This document shows, one piece after another, positions 37,702 through 50,613 of a stretch of 64,000 nt of DNA; the stretch's first letter is position 1; the number at the start of each line of letters is the position of its first letter. The position numbers and the translations under genes are program-made. The notes beneath the pieces are model-generated. The model did no database searches, was not told the origin of the DNA, and saw only the letters and a program-made list of their open reading frames with translations. Source of the DNA: Octopus bimaculoides (Eukaryota); contig NC_068985.1 in assembly GCF_001194135.2 (NCBI RefSeq), positions 71,811,194 through 71,875,193 of the forward strand, read 5' to 3'.

Positions 37702-38195
37702 TATGTACATGTACATATATATTTAATACACATATATATGCATAAAATAACCACATATAGTTGTATATAATATCTATGGACACCTGTATATCTGTGTGTG
37801 TATGTGTATATATGTATAGCAGCAGTAACACTCTCCCGGATATACTGGCGTTAGTAAATCCTTTGTGGGTTTTGGGCTGTGGTTTGTGTGTATTGTAAAT
37901 AAGAGATTATTATTTCATATATAAAGTGTCAAGGAAAAAAATGTTACATCTACTACAATCAGAGTGAAAATAAACTAGGAATGTATTTGAAAGTTGGTCA
38001 ATCAGTAAGAAGAGAGCCTTCTCATTCACAGCACAGGATGATATTTCAGGATATAGCAGACATTTAAAGAGAATATGGAATAACAGGAATGAACAACACA
38101 AGGTAGCATTAAAATGTAGTTGTCCAAGAAAACCAGCCAATCCAATGAGTAATAATCTGAGCTAGTTAGGGAACTCTTGGATTATGAGTGGATGT

Positions 38196-38745
38196 TTAAC
38201 CCTTATGTCAAATGTAATGCTTATTTATTCACATTGTTTCAATTTAATGATGCATTACTTTGTGGCTTTGAGATTTTGATGAGGTAACTTAATTTTTTAG
38301 AGTGATAATGTAGGGTTAATGCAAAGGGTCAGATTTGACCAGTTTGAACATAAGACAGGTAGAATATTTTGACCAGATATGGTCAGTTTGTGAAGGTGCA
38401 TGGCTTGGTGGTTAGGGTATTCAGCTTGCAATCATAAGGTCAGGAGTTTGATCCCTGGCAGTGCATTGTATCCTTGAGCAAGATGCTTTATTTTATGTTG
38501 CTCCAGTCCACCCAGCTGGCAAAAATGAGTTGTATCTATATTTCAAAGGGACCAGCCTTGTCACGTTTTGTATCATGCTGAATCTCCCTGAGAACTACTT
38601 TAAGGATACACATATCTGTGGAGTGCTCAGCCACTTGCACGTTAGTTTCACAAGCAGGCTGTTCCATTGATTGGACCAACTGGAACCCTTGCCATCATAA
38701 CCAATGGAGTGCCAATTTTATGGTTATTTAAATGCTAAAGGGTTA
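38196..38745 (+). mobile_element. piggyBac-like MITE split by a SINE C insertion
   Basis: ttaaccctt at 38196; body to 38389; right end tttaaatgctaaagggttaa resumes at about 38727. Confidence 0.8.
38390..38720 (+). mobile_element. SINE family C, near full length
   Basis: A-box-like tggcttggtggttag, B-box-like ggagtttgatccc, centre tatccttgagcaagatgc...ctccagtccacccagctggcaaaaatgag. Confidence 0.75.
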
Positions 38746-38954
38746 AAAGACTAGAAATAGTAACAAAATCTCCCTCAGTTTACATCCTGATGCCTTAAAA
38801 AGGGAAGGAAGTCTTAACAGCATCATTTCATAATGACCTATTTTTGATTTTTTTTTTTTTGACAACACCTTTGTCTCAGGTCTTTATTGTGTTTTATGAT
38901 TCATATTAAAATATCCGCAATATACCTTGTCATATCCCAAAACTGGCAGCCTTT

Positions 38955-39141
38955 ATCTTTTATCTGTTTCAGTCATCAGACTGTGACTATGTTGGGGGCA
39001 CTACCTTGAAGGATTTTAGTCAAACGAATTGACCCCTGTCCTCATTTTCATTTTAAGCCTGATACTTATTCTATCGGTCTCTTTTTACTGGACTGCTAGT
39101 TTACACACCAACACTGGGTGTCAAATGGTGGTGGGGGTCAA

Positions 39142-39182
<41 letters not shown>

Positions 39183-39350
39183 CTTGGTGGGATTCTTTCA
39201 ATTTCCATCTACCAAATCTACTCACAAGGCTTTGATTAGCCTAAGGCTATAGTGTAGAAGGCACTTTGCCCCAAGGTGCCACACATTGGGACTGAACTCA
39301 GAACCATGTGATTGAGAAGCAAGCTTCATACACAGCTACACCTGTAAGCA
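38955..39350 (-). mobile_element. SINE family A
   Basis: ttttatctgtttcagtcatcagactgtg...tttcaatttccatctaccaaatctactcacaaggc...gggactgaactcagaacc. Confidence 0.85.
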
Positions 39351-39787
39351 AAAATTAAATAAATTGTGACACCAAATACTATTTAAATGCCATCAACTGA
39401 TCAGTGGTCTACAAAAACATTTAAATTAAATTAAATTTTTTTAATGATTAGAGACCCACTGGGAATAACATTTCAATGACTTAATTGTTCTTCATAATTG
39501 CTCAATCTACTAAAAAACAAAAACCAGCTAATTTCTTTTAAAACTTTCTTGTCATGGTCAGGTAATGAAAAGGTTGGTAGGGTGTGGTATGAATGCTCTT
39601 TACTTGGCTCTTATATACAGCCTATTCTAAGAGAGAGAGAGACAGACAGACAGACAGAGACAATGTGGAGAAACCAACTACAGTAGCTGACTGGATTTGA
39701 GATACCAAACCAGCAAAAGAATTCATAAGTTGTTACTTAACCTTTCAGAAATAGCAACAAACCACCATTATATTACACACTGTCATC

Positions 39788-39978
39788 TTTTCTACTCTAG
39801 GCACAAGGCCTGAAATTTGGGGGGAGGGTGCCAGTCAATTAGATCGACCCCAGTACACAACTGAAAGGATGAAAGTCAAAGTCAACCTCGGCGGAATTTG
39901 AACTCAGAATGTAAAGACAGACGAAATACCACTAAGCATTTCACTCTGTGTGCTAACGTTTCTGCCAGCTTGCTGCCT
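39788..39978 (-). mobile_element. SINE family B
   Basis: tttctactctaggcacaaggcc...gaaaggatgaaagtcaaagtcaacctcggcggaatttgaactcagaatg. Confidence 0.85.
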
Positions 39979-40010
39979 TTCATCTTAAAAAAGAAATGAT
40001 GCTCTAAAAC

Positions 40011-40287
40011 CACTGGTTCTCAATTAGGGTCCATATGGCTCTTGGGAGTCCATGTGGCCCTTAGGAGTCCATATGAGATTTTGTTAAAGTTTGTGTGCAA
40101 TAAATTGGTAATACTTGTACAATATATAAAATATTTTAGCAACTTTTTATACATTTCCTAATAATATTTAATTATCGCATAAAAATACTATAGGATTTTT
40201 TTTTAACACCAAATGACTATGGGGTCTGTCTGAATAAAATAGCAATCAAAGGAGTCCCAAGATAAAAAAAATGGTTGAGAACCACTG
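40011..40287. mobile_element. hAT (Charlie-like) MITE, second copy
   Basis: cactggttctcaa ... ggttgagaaccactg; flanks ctctaaaac/ctctaaac. Confidence 0.75.
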
Positions 40288-41067
40288 CTCTAAACCTATG
40301 TGGGAGTCTATATCTTGTTACTTGTCCTGCTAGTAATAGCAGCAAATCACCTTTCATAAATCACATTCTACCAACAATATTATACACAACAGATATTGTA
40401 GTTCTAGATATTCACTGTTCAGCCTGAGAAAAAAGACAGGATGATCACAGCTAAAATGCTATAGATTGTAGATCAGTTGGATCAGGGATTACCTCCAGGC
40501 AAACAAGAACAACAACAACAAAGATACAGTGTATAATGTGATTCTAAATAGGCAACAACAATAACCTATATAATCTTTGGATTTTTGGTAGTTCTGAAAC
40601 CTGAGACCTGAGACTTCCGTTCTCTGAGTAGCTGAAAAGGGTTGTAACTGAACATTTGGTAGTTATGGACTGGTTGTTCTCTGATGTCGCAAATACCTCT
40701 GTCCCCACCCCCACTGAAAGAAAAGAAAATGTCAGCAAAGGAGTTGGAAAAGAAAATGAAGAAAAAAAGAAAGAAACAGTTAAGTTGTATTCAGAAATGG
40801 TTAAAATTTCATGATTTTTTTCAAACATCTTGAGTATTTCCAGCCATCTTAACAGGTACTGGTTGGATGGGTGCACATTATCACCATCATTTAACATTCA
40901 TGTTCCATCATATGTGGAAAATTTTTTTTATAAATATATTTATGTGTGTCCGTAAGTAAATATGTGTGTGTGTGTGTGTACGTGTTTGTGTGTGTGCGTG
41001 CACACATTTGTGTGTGTACATATGTGTACATGTGTATATGTATTTATGTATTTTAATATATAAGTTG

Positions 41068-41275
41068 GTGAGTTGGCAAAGATGTTGGCACGCTGAGAAA
41101 AATGCTTAGGGGCATTTTGTCCGTCTTTACATTCTGGGTTCAAATTCTGCCAAGGTTGATTTTGCCTTTCATTTCTTAGGGGGGTCGATTAAATAAGCAC
41201 TAGTTGAACACTGGAGCCAATGTAAACAGCTTACATCCTTCCCCAAACTTACTGACCTTGTACCAAAATTTGAAA

Positions 41276-41278
<3 letters not shown>
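41068..41278 (+). mobile_element. SINE family B
   Basis: gagttggcaaagatgttggcac...ttctgggttcaaattctgcc...ttgcctttcat. Further copies at about 45325-45500(+), 46130-46270(+), 51420-51630(-), 56685-56895(-), 62400-62490(-), 63975-end(-). Confidence 0.8.
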
Positions 41279-41320
<42 letters not shown>

Positions 41321-41399
41321 GTATGTATTATCATAATCATCATTTAACATCCAAAGACAAGGACACAGTCATGCATATATGCACACTCAACATTTCCAG

Positions 41400-42060
41400 A
41401 AATTAGTTTTGCTGGGTTAGGTATGCCATCTCGAGAATTACATATTGCTGATCATGGTAATCCCTTCTTATTTGTTCCATGCAATTCAGGGTCCCAAGAC
41501 CACCATTTCATTCCATGTCTTCCTGGGTCTCCCTCTTTCACAAGCATCAATCATATTGAGTGATTGGTGTTTCATTATACAGCCATCCTTATCTATATAC
41601 ATTGCAAGCTATTGCAGTGTTCTCTCTTGCACACTACATCTGATTCATGTCCAGTTTTTCTCTCAGTTCATTGATGCACACTTACCTTGTACATTCAATG
41701 CAGCATGCTTGTATCATCTCTTTGCAGTCTTTTCGAGTCCTCCATATTCAAGGTCTATATCTGACTACCATTCAGCATTGCTGTTCTAACATAAGTGTCA
41801 TACAATCTGCCCTTCACACTGTGGAAAAAAGATCTTTGTTGCCAGCTGTAGCAGTAGCTCCCTGAACTTTGACCAATCCATTCTTACTCTGGTTGCTATA
41901 CTTTCAGAGCAACCACCTCTTTTGCTAATTATCATTCCTAGGTAACAAAAGCTGTCATCTACTTCTAGTGAGCAATTTGGGTATTTAAGGAAATCTATGT
42001 TCAATGTGTTCATAGTATATTATACTCCAGTGCTTCTATCACATATGAAGCTTACATTTT
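41400..42060 (-). mobile_element. RTE LINE remnant (post-RT region)
   Basis: Minus ORF VDDSFCYLGMIISKRGGCSESIATRVRMDWSKFRELL is homologous to 48200-48330. Confidence 0.75.
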
Positions 42061-42299
42061 CTGATTGTCTACATGTCTTTTATTTGTTCATAGCTTACAT
42101 TGGGGTACAACATATGTCTTGATTACCTTCTACCTACTTTCTGTTCTCACTGTAATCTCTATAACAGACACTTTACTGTCCTTTCAACTGGTGTACTGCA
42201 GATGTTCTCAAACATGTAATATCATGAATTCCTACTTGATAGATATGAAAAGAAGCTTCTGTACATCTTGATATTACTGAAACTGCATAGTAAACCCAC

Positions 42300-42665
42300 C
42301 CATCTGTGAAGGTGGCTATTTACCATATGTTCTAAGCCCCCTGTCATGGGGACTTCATACTGTAGTAGGGGCCAGAGTATTTTTTTACTGATTCTCCTTC
42401 TTTGGTTTTGGTGAATGTCTGAGTTTGAATTTTCTGCCCTCTGTTGTGTTCCTTGCCATGAAATAGGCTTATCTAAAATTCTCGACTAGGAGGTCCACTT
42501 ACATTTTGAAGACATCTACATCCACACCATGTAAGCCTCTGATGTCTTTTGGTAGAATATTGAAAAAGTTATGAAAAAGCCTTTGAGCCCTAAGCTATTG
42601 CAATATCTGGTCCTAGGTCAGGATGACAAGGATATGATCTTTGGCACTATGTAGGAGTACACTAT
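42300..42665 (-). mobile_element. CR1-group LINE 3' remnant
   Basis: Minus translation TRYCNSLGLKG..LFNILPKDIRGLHGVDVDVFK resembles the LFNxLP C-terminus of CR1/jockey-group RTs. Confidence 0.6.
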
Positions 42666-43276
42666 TTGAGAATTAGCATATTCTATTTGATTCATTGTAT
42701 GAACTTGTTGATCTTAATACAAGCAATTATCTTTCTATACTATCTTTATCTTTCTCTCTCTCTCTCATTTGATACATGCAGATCTTCCCCGTTTCACTCT
42801 TTTTCTCATTCTCATTTAAAAGCAATAACCTTACTCTGGTCTTAGCATGCATATACTCTCTCTTTTCCCTGTCTTCTAGCTCATACTCAATTCTCTCTTC
42901 TTTAACATAAACTTCTCTGATTCTCTCTTGATATATACAACCCTCTCCCCTCCTCTCACTCTCTCTCTCACACACACACACTATTTTCAAGGGACGATGT
43001 TAGGATTCTTTTCTCAAAAGCATTACCCACTCAAATATTGAAACTATATCACTGATCCATCTGATTTGAGTTCTTACTACATGTGATAGTAGTCACTGCA
43101 GAAATCATCATAAAAATAATGTGTGTGTGTGTGTGTGTGTGTATATATTAGCAACGTATGATGCAAAAGAATATTTCTAAACGTGTTTATATACTTTTTT
43201 CTACATGTCATCACATTTGTGCTTGTGTATGTTTTTGGAGCTCACATATAATCAGGCATATATATATGTGTGTGTG

Positions 43277-43363
<87 letters not shown>

Positions 43364-44469
43364 ATAGACGTTTGACATAGGCATCTCTTCAAAAAACGCA
43401 TACACGCATGCGTTAAATATTTATGGGTTTTATAATCAATAACCTGGGTAGTAATTGAGGCATGGATGTGTGTGTGTGTGTGTGTGAGTATGTGCGTAAT
43501 GTGTGTGTGAGCTATCTGCATATATGTGAGATGTGTGTGTGTGTGTGTATGTGTGTGAGCTATCTCTATATGTCTGTGTGTGTTTTGCTATTTCCAGGGT
43601 TTTTTATTTATTTATTTAATCTTATTTAAATAAAAAATATTATCTAAAAATTCTAAAAAAATATCAGCACCACCACTACTTCATCATCATTCCCACCACT
43701 ATTATTGTTGCTGTTGTCATCATCACCATCCTCATCATCCTCATCATCATCATATTCACATTTATTACTCATCCACATATATCCACTTGTATTTCAATGA
43801 CTAGAATTTCTAAAAAAAAAAAAGCTGGTGTTTTTGCAATAATTGACTGAATAGAAAAAATAATTACGGAAACCCTGCAGTGTCAACAATGTTGTTGTTG
43901 CTGTTGTTGCTTCAATATAAGAGGTTGCATCTTTTATTTGTTTATCTTGCTTTGGCTGTTTCGATTTGTTTGCTATCTGCTCTTGATTCTTGATTCCATT
44001 AAGAAAAAAAACCCCCAAAAACCAAAGAAAGAAAGAAAGAAATCAGTGATGCATGACGATTATTGATAAATCCCCCCAAAATCACTGAAAATTTGATAAC
44101 ATCTCTGAAGAGAAGCTGCATGACATGATGGCAAGTGGCAACCTTTATTTATTCAAGAGGTTATTTGGGGTTTACCATTGAAGGTCAATGTTATTCAACT
44201 ATACAAGACATTTTCTGTTGAGAGGGAGAGAAAGAGAGAAAGAGAAAAAAAGAAATGGTTGTAGTGGTTTTGGTTGTATTTGGTGGTGATGTTAATAGTG
44301 GTGATAGCTGTGGTGGTGGTGGTGACAGTTTGTGGAAACAGTAATGGTGGTGGTTGCAACAATGGTGTTGGTAACAGTACTTTTGGCAATAGTGGAAATG
44401 TTATTATTTATAGTGAAGGCCATTATCATTGGTTAGGTTAAGGATAGTGTGTATGTGAGCATGAGTAAT

Positions 44470-44900
44470 ATACAAACATTTATAAATACTTGGCTTATCC
44501 TTGTTGTTGTTGTTGGCTGCTGTGGCTTTATCTCGTATCTGAAATTTCGTTTCTCCTTTATGGTGATGGTGTTGAAGACTAAGTAGACCGATTCTTGCAT
44601 GGTAGGGTCAATGGCATTGACTGCATGGTAATGTTGGTGGAGGGACAAAGTTGATTTTGTTGAGACTTTCTCTCCCGTCATTTGATTTCTCCCTTTTTCT
44701 CTTCTGGTGGCTTTGAAGTTTTTGGTTCCAAAGGTGATGGGTCACTACCAGTTGATATGATATTGGCCTTGTGTTTCAAACAATTTAAGCTCAAGTCCCG
44801 TGGCTTTCAATGTTGTTTTGAGTTGATCCTTGCATCTTCGAAGAGGGTAACCCCATGGTCTTTTCTTTGAAGTAAGCTCACTGAATATGACTTAGCATGG
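44470..44900 (-). mobile_element. RTE (BovB-like) LINE 3' end
   Basis: Minus reading resembles G.PLRR.KDQLKTTLKATG...GTKNFKATRREK; ends in (caa)n. Confidence 0.6.
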
Positions 44901-46697
44901 GAACCATGACTCAGTTTAGACACACGCAGTAACTGTTATCCTGGGTTATATGCATAAAAACATTTTAACAATACCTACTTACACTTTAAATATTTTACAC
45001 TTCAATAAAAAATAAACTTTCACTTTAAATATTTAAACATGAAGCAGATCATGTTTGCTTAATGCAAACAACATGATTTGCTTCATGGTTCTTTGAGATA
45101 TAATCTCTGGTTAGGACAACTCCATAGCTTTTTATTGATGTCTTAGTTTTCTTGTTTCTGTGGCAAATGCACACAGGTGTGGAAATAGTGAGTGACCTTC
45201 AAAATTATTGTCAATAAACTAACTATGGCTTTCTGTAACTTTAGTCTCACTTGGTCTTGCCAGTCTCACTACATGTGTGTGTATGTGCTTGGATATGAAT
45301 AGATGTGTGTGTAAAGCAGTGAGCTGGCAGAATTGTTAGCATGCTGGGTAAAATGCTGAGTGGCATTTCATCCTCCTTTACATTCTGAGTTCAACTCTGC
45401 CTTTTGCCTTTGATAAAATAAGTACTAGTTGAGCTCCGGGCCAATGTAATCAACTTACCCACTCCCTCAAAATTGCTGGCATGGTGCCAAAATTTGAATT
45501 CAATGACTGGAATAAGTTGATCTAAAGTTTCATTGTGAGGGTGGGGTTGCATTCTTAAATGCTTGTATCTTATCTAACACTTAATGAAATACTGCTGGTC
45601 TCTTAGTAACCACCAAATCAGTCTTAAGTCAGATTCTACCAAACCGTCTGGTTTGTCACATTAATTGTGGATTCAACTCTTGTTTTCTCTATCTCTCCTT
45701 CTCTCCCTGTGTGTATAACAACCTTGTCTCTATTTTATTAATGGCTGACTCAGAAGAAGAAATGCTCTACAATTCTTTTCAGAGCTCCTAGAACTGGTAA
45801 AAAAAAAAGGAAGTTACCTTCAGACTAGAAATTTGGTGCAAATACTTGCTACAATGTGAATTGCACTAAATACTTCCATGTATTAAAAGACTGTTATTGT
45901 CCCATCTTTTTCTATGTCTATCTCTACCTTTGCTTCTTCTTATCTTGAGGGTGTAATTTGAGGGTTATTTGCTTGCTATTTCTTAGTTTGAGCAGCTTCA
46001 TGAAGGCTCAGCTCCTTCCCCAGTCAAATACAAGGATTGATAAAACTGAATACATATCTTACCAAAATTTGGGCTATTTTAGTATCTAAATTAGAAAACT
46101 TTATTATCAGTGTCCTACCACAGTTTAAGTGGCAAACTGGCAGAGATACCAGAATGTCAGGTTGGATACCTTACTGTATTAATTCCAGCTTTGCATTCTA
46201 AATTTAAATTCTACTAAGATTACCTTGCTTTTTTTCTTTTCCAAGGGACAATGAAGTACCAGTTGAGTACTAGATTTGGTTCTCTCTCTCTCTCTCTCTC
46301 TCTCTCCCTCCCCTCTCTCTCTCACTCACTCACTGGGCTATTAGGAGATTCATGTAGTATAAACTAAGAGCGTCTCATTCTTCAGAAATTGAGAAGGGTC
46401 GAGCAAGTGTCTAGCAGTCATCTCCTCATAGAAAAATTGATTTGCTGTTGAGGCACACTTAAGACAGACACAGGACAAAAATAAGAAGTCCTGGTACCAA
46501 GAATGGGTGTTTTGAATCAAATCAAGTTACATTCTCGAAATAACAGGATAAAAAGAAAAAGAAAAACTGGATCTTGTTATATTTCTTTTTAATGGAAGAA
46601 TAAAAAGGGAAAGAAAACATAGCATGTGTCAACTTTCTTAAGGAACAAAGCCTAAAAGTAAAGGAAGTGAAACTTAACTTAAATACTGCTTGTTGTA

Positions 46698-47615
46698 TTG
46701 GGTCATCCCATAAATAATGCAGTTTTTTCAATTGCATGAACTAAAAATTAGAGGGCAACGGGATAAACTACCTGTATCAATTTGCTATAAAAGCAGGTAA
46801 TAATTTTACCTTGTCCTTATTCTTAGTGCAAGTTTTGAAGAGTGCAGTTCGATTTTAACAGTTATTTTTTCAAAGCTGTAATGGAAGTGACAAAGGAGCA
46901 TATTGGGCGTAATTTGCTTCATGAGTTCAATAAAGGCAACAACACAATGGAAAGTGTGAGTATATGGGGATCAGACAATAAGCGTAAGCCAATGTCGATG
47001 GTGGTTCCAGAAATTCCGAGCTGGAAACTACAGCCTAGAAGACGAACCTCATCCTGGGAAATCTGTAGAGCTCGACGAGGACATCCTGCAAAACCTGGTG
47101 GAACAAAATCCCATCGTAACTGTTGAGGAACTAGCAGAGAAGCTTCAATTTGGTTATTCAACCATTCATTGACACCTGCATGCCATCAGAAAAGTCAGCA
47201 AATTGAGTCAGTAGGTTCCTTACAAACTTTCCAAGTCTATTCGCATAGCCACATACAGCAAGGATAACATTCCAAAAGCTGGAGCAGTTTTAATGGGAAA
47301 CAATGCCCCATCCACCATATTCGCCAAACATTGCCCTACCTGATTATCATTAATTCCGCAGTCTTCAATATCAGTTTGATGGAAAAAATATGAATTCTGT
47401 AGACGAAGTCAGAACAGTACTGGAGGAGTATTTTTCGTCACAGACAAGTGAATTTTGGAATAAGGGTCTTGCAAGTCTACCAGATAGATTTTCATCTATT
47501 GTAGCATTGTAGAAAATGAAGGAAAGTATATTTTAGATAAAAAAAAGAACTTTGTTTATCTAAATTTTGAAAAAAAGAAGTATAAAAAAACCACATTATT
47601 TATGGGATAATCCAA
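46698..47615 (+). mobile_element. Internally deleted mariner element with both TIRs and TA TSD
   Basis: TA|ttgggtcatcccataaataatgcag ... ccacattatttatgggataatccaa|TA. Transposase pieces: MEVTKEH, WWFQKFRAGNYSLEDEPHPG, Q*VPYKL, HPPYSPNIALPDYH*FRSLQ. Confidence 0.92.
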
Positions 47616-47700
47616 TAGTAGTCGTAGTTTAATCGCGGAACAGTTCTGGTAAAACAGACTTATGATCAACACTCCAGTCTAGGACTACTTTATCTAATAT

Positions 47701-49244
47701 ATGTCAGTTTGGGTTTGTGCCAGGGAAGAGCACCACTGATACTATATTTCTAGTAAGACAGCTGCAGGCGAAATACCTAACCAAAGATAAACCTCTGTAT
47801 CTAGCTTTTGTTGACATGGAGAAAGCCTTTGACAGGGTTGCTGATGATCTTGCTTTAATAGCTGAGTCACTATCAGAACTAGAGGAGAAGTTTCAGGTGT
47901 GGAAGCAAGGTCTAGAATTGAAGGGCCTTCGAGTCAACCTAACAAAAACCAAAGTCTTAGTAAGTAGGAAGGCAGACAAACACAAATCCCTTCAGGTAGA
48001 TGACCCTGCTCGATCTGTAGAAAAGGCATAGGTAGAAACTCCATAAGATGTACCCAGTGTAAGCTAGGGACACATAAGAGGTGCAGCAATATCAAAGGAA
48101 GGCTAACTGGGAAGATAGTTTTTGTATGTGGCAGATGCTCAGGAGCAATAAACACTGAAAATGTGCAGAAAACAACTTCTGCCACATTCCAGGGGGAAAA
48201 CCAGAAGTAGTTGATAGCTTCTGTTACCTAGGTGACCAAGCCAGTAGGTGGGGTGGGTGCTCTGAAAGTGTAGCTGCTAGAATAAGAATAGCCTAGGCAA
48301 AGTTCAGAGAGCTCCTACCTCTGCTAGTGACAAAGGGCCTCTCGCTCAGTGTAAAAGGTAGACTGTATGATGCATGTGTGCGGACAGCTATGCTACATGG
48401 CAGTGAAACATGAACCGTGACTGCTGAGGACATGCGTAAGCTTGAAAGGAATGTAGCCAGTATGCTCTGCTGGATGTATAATGTCATTGTGCATACACGA
48501 CAGAGTGTAAGCTCCACAAGAGAAAAAGTTGGACTTAAAGCATCAGATGTGGTGTGCAAGAGAGATGACTGTGCTGGTATGGTCATGTGTTGTGAATGGA
48601 TGAGGACAGCTGTGTGAAAAAGTGTCACACCCTAGCAGTAGAGGGAACCTGGGATGAGGTGGTGAAGCATGACCTTTGAACATTGGGCCTCACCGAGGCA
48701 ATGACAAGTGACCAAGACCTTTGGAGATATGCTGTGCTCGAGAAGACCCAGCAAGCCAAGTGAGACCGTAACCGTGGCCTATGCCAGTGCAGCATAACCA
48801 GCCCATTTAAGAGTACCCTTCAATCATTGGGCAATAAACTGCGCTGGCAAAGACCTGTTGAAGCAAGTGAAATCGTTGTTGTGGCCAATGACAGTATCGC
48901 CTGATTTGTACCCGTGCCAGTGGCTCATTAAAAACACCACTCAAGCGTGATCAATGCCAGTGCTGGCTGACTGGTGCGTTGCCGGTGGCATGTAAAAAGC
49001 ATCATTCAAGCATGGTCGATGCCAGTACCGCCTGACTGGCCCTCATGCCGGTGGCACGTAAAAAGCACCCACTACACTCTCGGAATGGTTGGCGTTAGGA
49101 AGGGCATCCAGCTGTAGAAACTTTACCAGATCGGATTGGAGCCTGGTACAGCCTTCTGGCTTGCCAGCTCCCAGTGAAACCATCCAACCTTATAGCAGCA
49201 TGGAAAGCGGACGTTAAACGATGACAATAATGATGATGATGATG
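47701..49244 (+). mobile_element. 5'-truncated RTE LINE with an internal RT deletion and (GAT)n tail
   Basis: QFGFVPGKSTTDTIFLVRQLQ...FVDMEKAFDRV is fused directly to ADDLALIAESL; post-RT region follows; about 60-bp repeats in the 3' UTR (48880-49075). Confidence 0.92.
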
Positions 49245-49544
49245 TCCTTATCTTTTTTTGTAAAACAGTTCTATGTGATCTGATTGAGATTTGACTGTTT
49301 TTTCAAGCAACCATGTCCAAGCACCATTTGTTGCTTATCCAGAAGGTTAGATCTGATCAAACAGAAGAGCTACAATCAAAGAATTCCAGCCATGACCATC
49401 TCCTCTTATTTTCAGACAGTATATCAAAAAGCTGATTATTCAATGTATCCTTTTTTATTATATAATAGTAAGGTATGATTCAAGGAGAGTTTGGTTTTTA
49501 CTTCTAGCAGGTTAAGTAACCACATAGAGACATACTGGAGTTAA

Positions 49545-50109
49545 TCATTTATTCTTTTACTTGTTTCAGTCATTAAAGGGTTTTAGTTGAACAAATCAAC
49601 CCTAGGGCTTATTTTTTTTAAGCCTAGTACTTATTCTATCAGGCCCTTTTGCTTAACCGCTAAGTTGTGGGGGATGTAAACACACTGATATTGGTTGCCA
49701 AGCGATGGTGGGAGGATTAGCACAGACACAAAGATCGCTATCCATAAATGCTCGAGTACAATCCGCACTTTTTTCCCAAAATTTAAAGGTCAAAATTTCT
49801 AGTGCGTACTGTATACGAGATTAAAGATGAAAAATATTTCCTAAGCCAAATTTTCTAAGTGATAAATATATAAAGGCAATTTACTTAATATTTATTTTTC
49901 ACTGACGTTATTACTGTTATTTCTTTATTTTCTGCAAAGTGCACAAAAAAGCTACATGCTTGCATTATGTTATATATACAATAATAATAAAGGACGTTAC
50001 CGTATATACTTTTACAAATCAAGGACATTATATAGACCTCCTTGACTCAAGTTAGAGAAGGGCTGTGTATTATACACAAGGAAGGGCGGACTATACTTGA
50101 AGATTTACA

Positions 50110-50146
<37 letters not shown>

Positions 50147-50295
50147 CACATGACAGGCTTCTTTCAGTTTTGGTCTACCAAACCCACTCGCAAGGCTTTA
50201 GTTGGTCCAAGGCTATAGTAGAAGACACTTGCTTAAGTTGTCATGCAGTGGGACTGAACCCAGAACCATGTGGTTGGAAAGCAAGCTTACCACAG
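49545..50295 (-). mobile_element. SINE family A interrupted by a Tc2-like MITE
   Basis: Tail half at 49545-49738 and head half at 50145-50295 (ttctttcagttttggtctaccaaacccactcgcaagg...gggactgaaccc). Confidence 0.85.
49741..50110. mobile_element. Tc1/mariner-superfamily (Tc2/pogo-like) MITE
   Basis: TA|tccataaatgctcgagtacaatccgcac ... ggcggactatacttgaagatttacag|TA imperfect TIRs; AT-rich core. Confidence 0.7.
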
Positions 50296-50557
50296 GGTAA
50301 TAAAAGCTAAGTACCACCACCATCATTTTAAGTGAGAATGCCTGTGCTTAAAGAGTGTGTGTGAAAATTCATTCCTGGTACTACTGTCCTTACATACCAG
50401 CACTAACTTTAACCCTTCACTTCAGTATCTTCCCTGTCACTTTCTTCTCTTATCCCTCCATTTTTTTTTTTTTGTCTTCCCCAAATGGTAGGGTGAGGTG
50501 AAAGTGAAGGTTGATGAAGAGGAGAGAGGAGGCCCTCTGGGGAATAAACATACTCAC

Positions 50558-50613
50558 TGGCTGGCTGGATTGCTGGGTTGGTTCAGTATGTTTGTTGACT
50601 TCTATTACAGACT
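50558..50613. other. Bidirectional splice-signal cluster: + strand 3-nt microexon (50611-50613) or - strand 54-nt exon (50611-50558)
   Basis: + strand: cttctattacag|ACT|gtaagt. - strand: gttttcctctccaatggacttacag|...ccagcca|gtgagt, open as SVIEVNKHTEPTQQSSQP. Confidence 0.2.

Noticed and set aside
30760-44900. One BovB-like LINE split into 30760-32620 and 44470-44900
   Set aside because: Both are minus-strand, but the 3' piece lies upstream of the 5' piece, so they are separate insertions.
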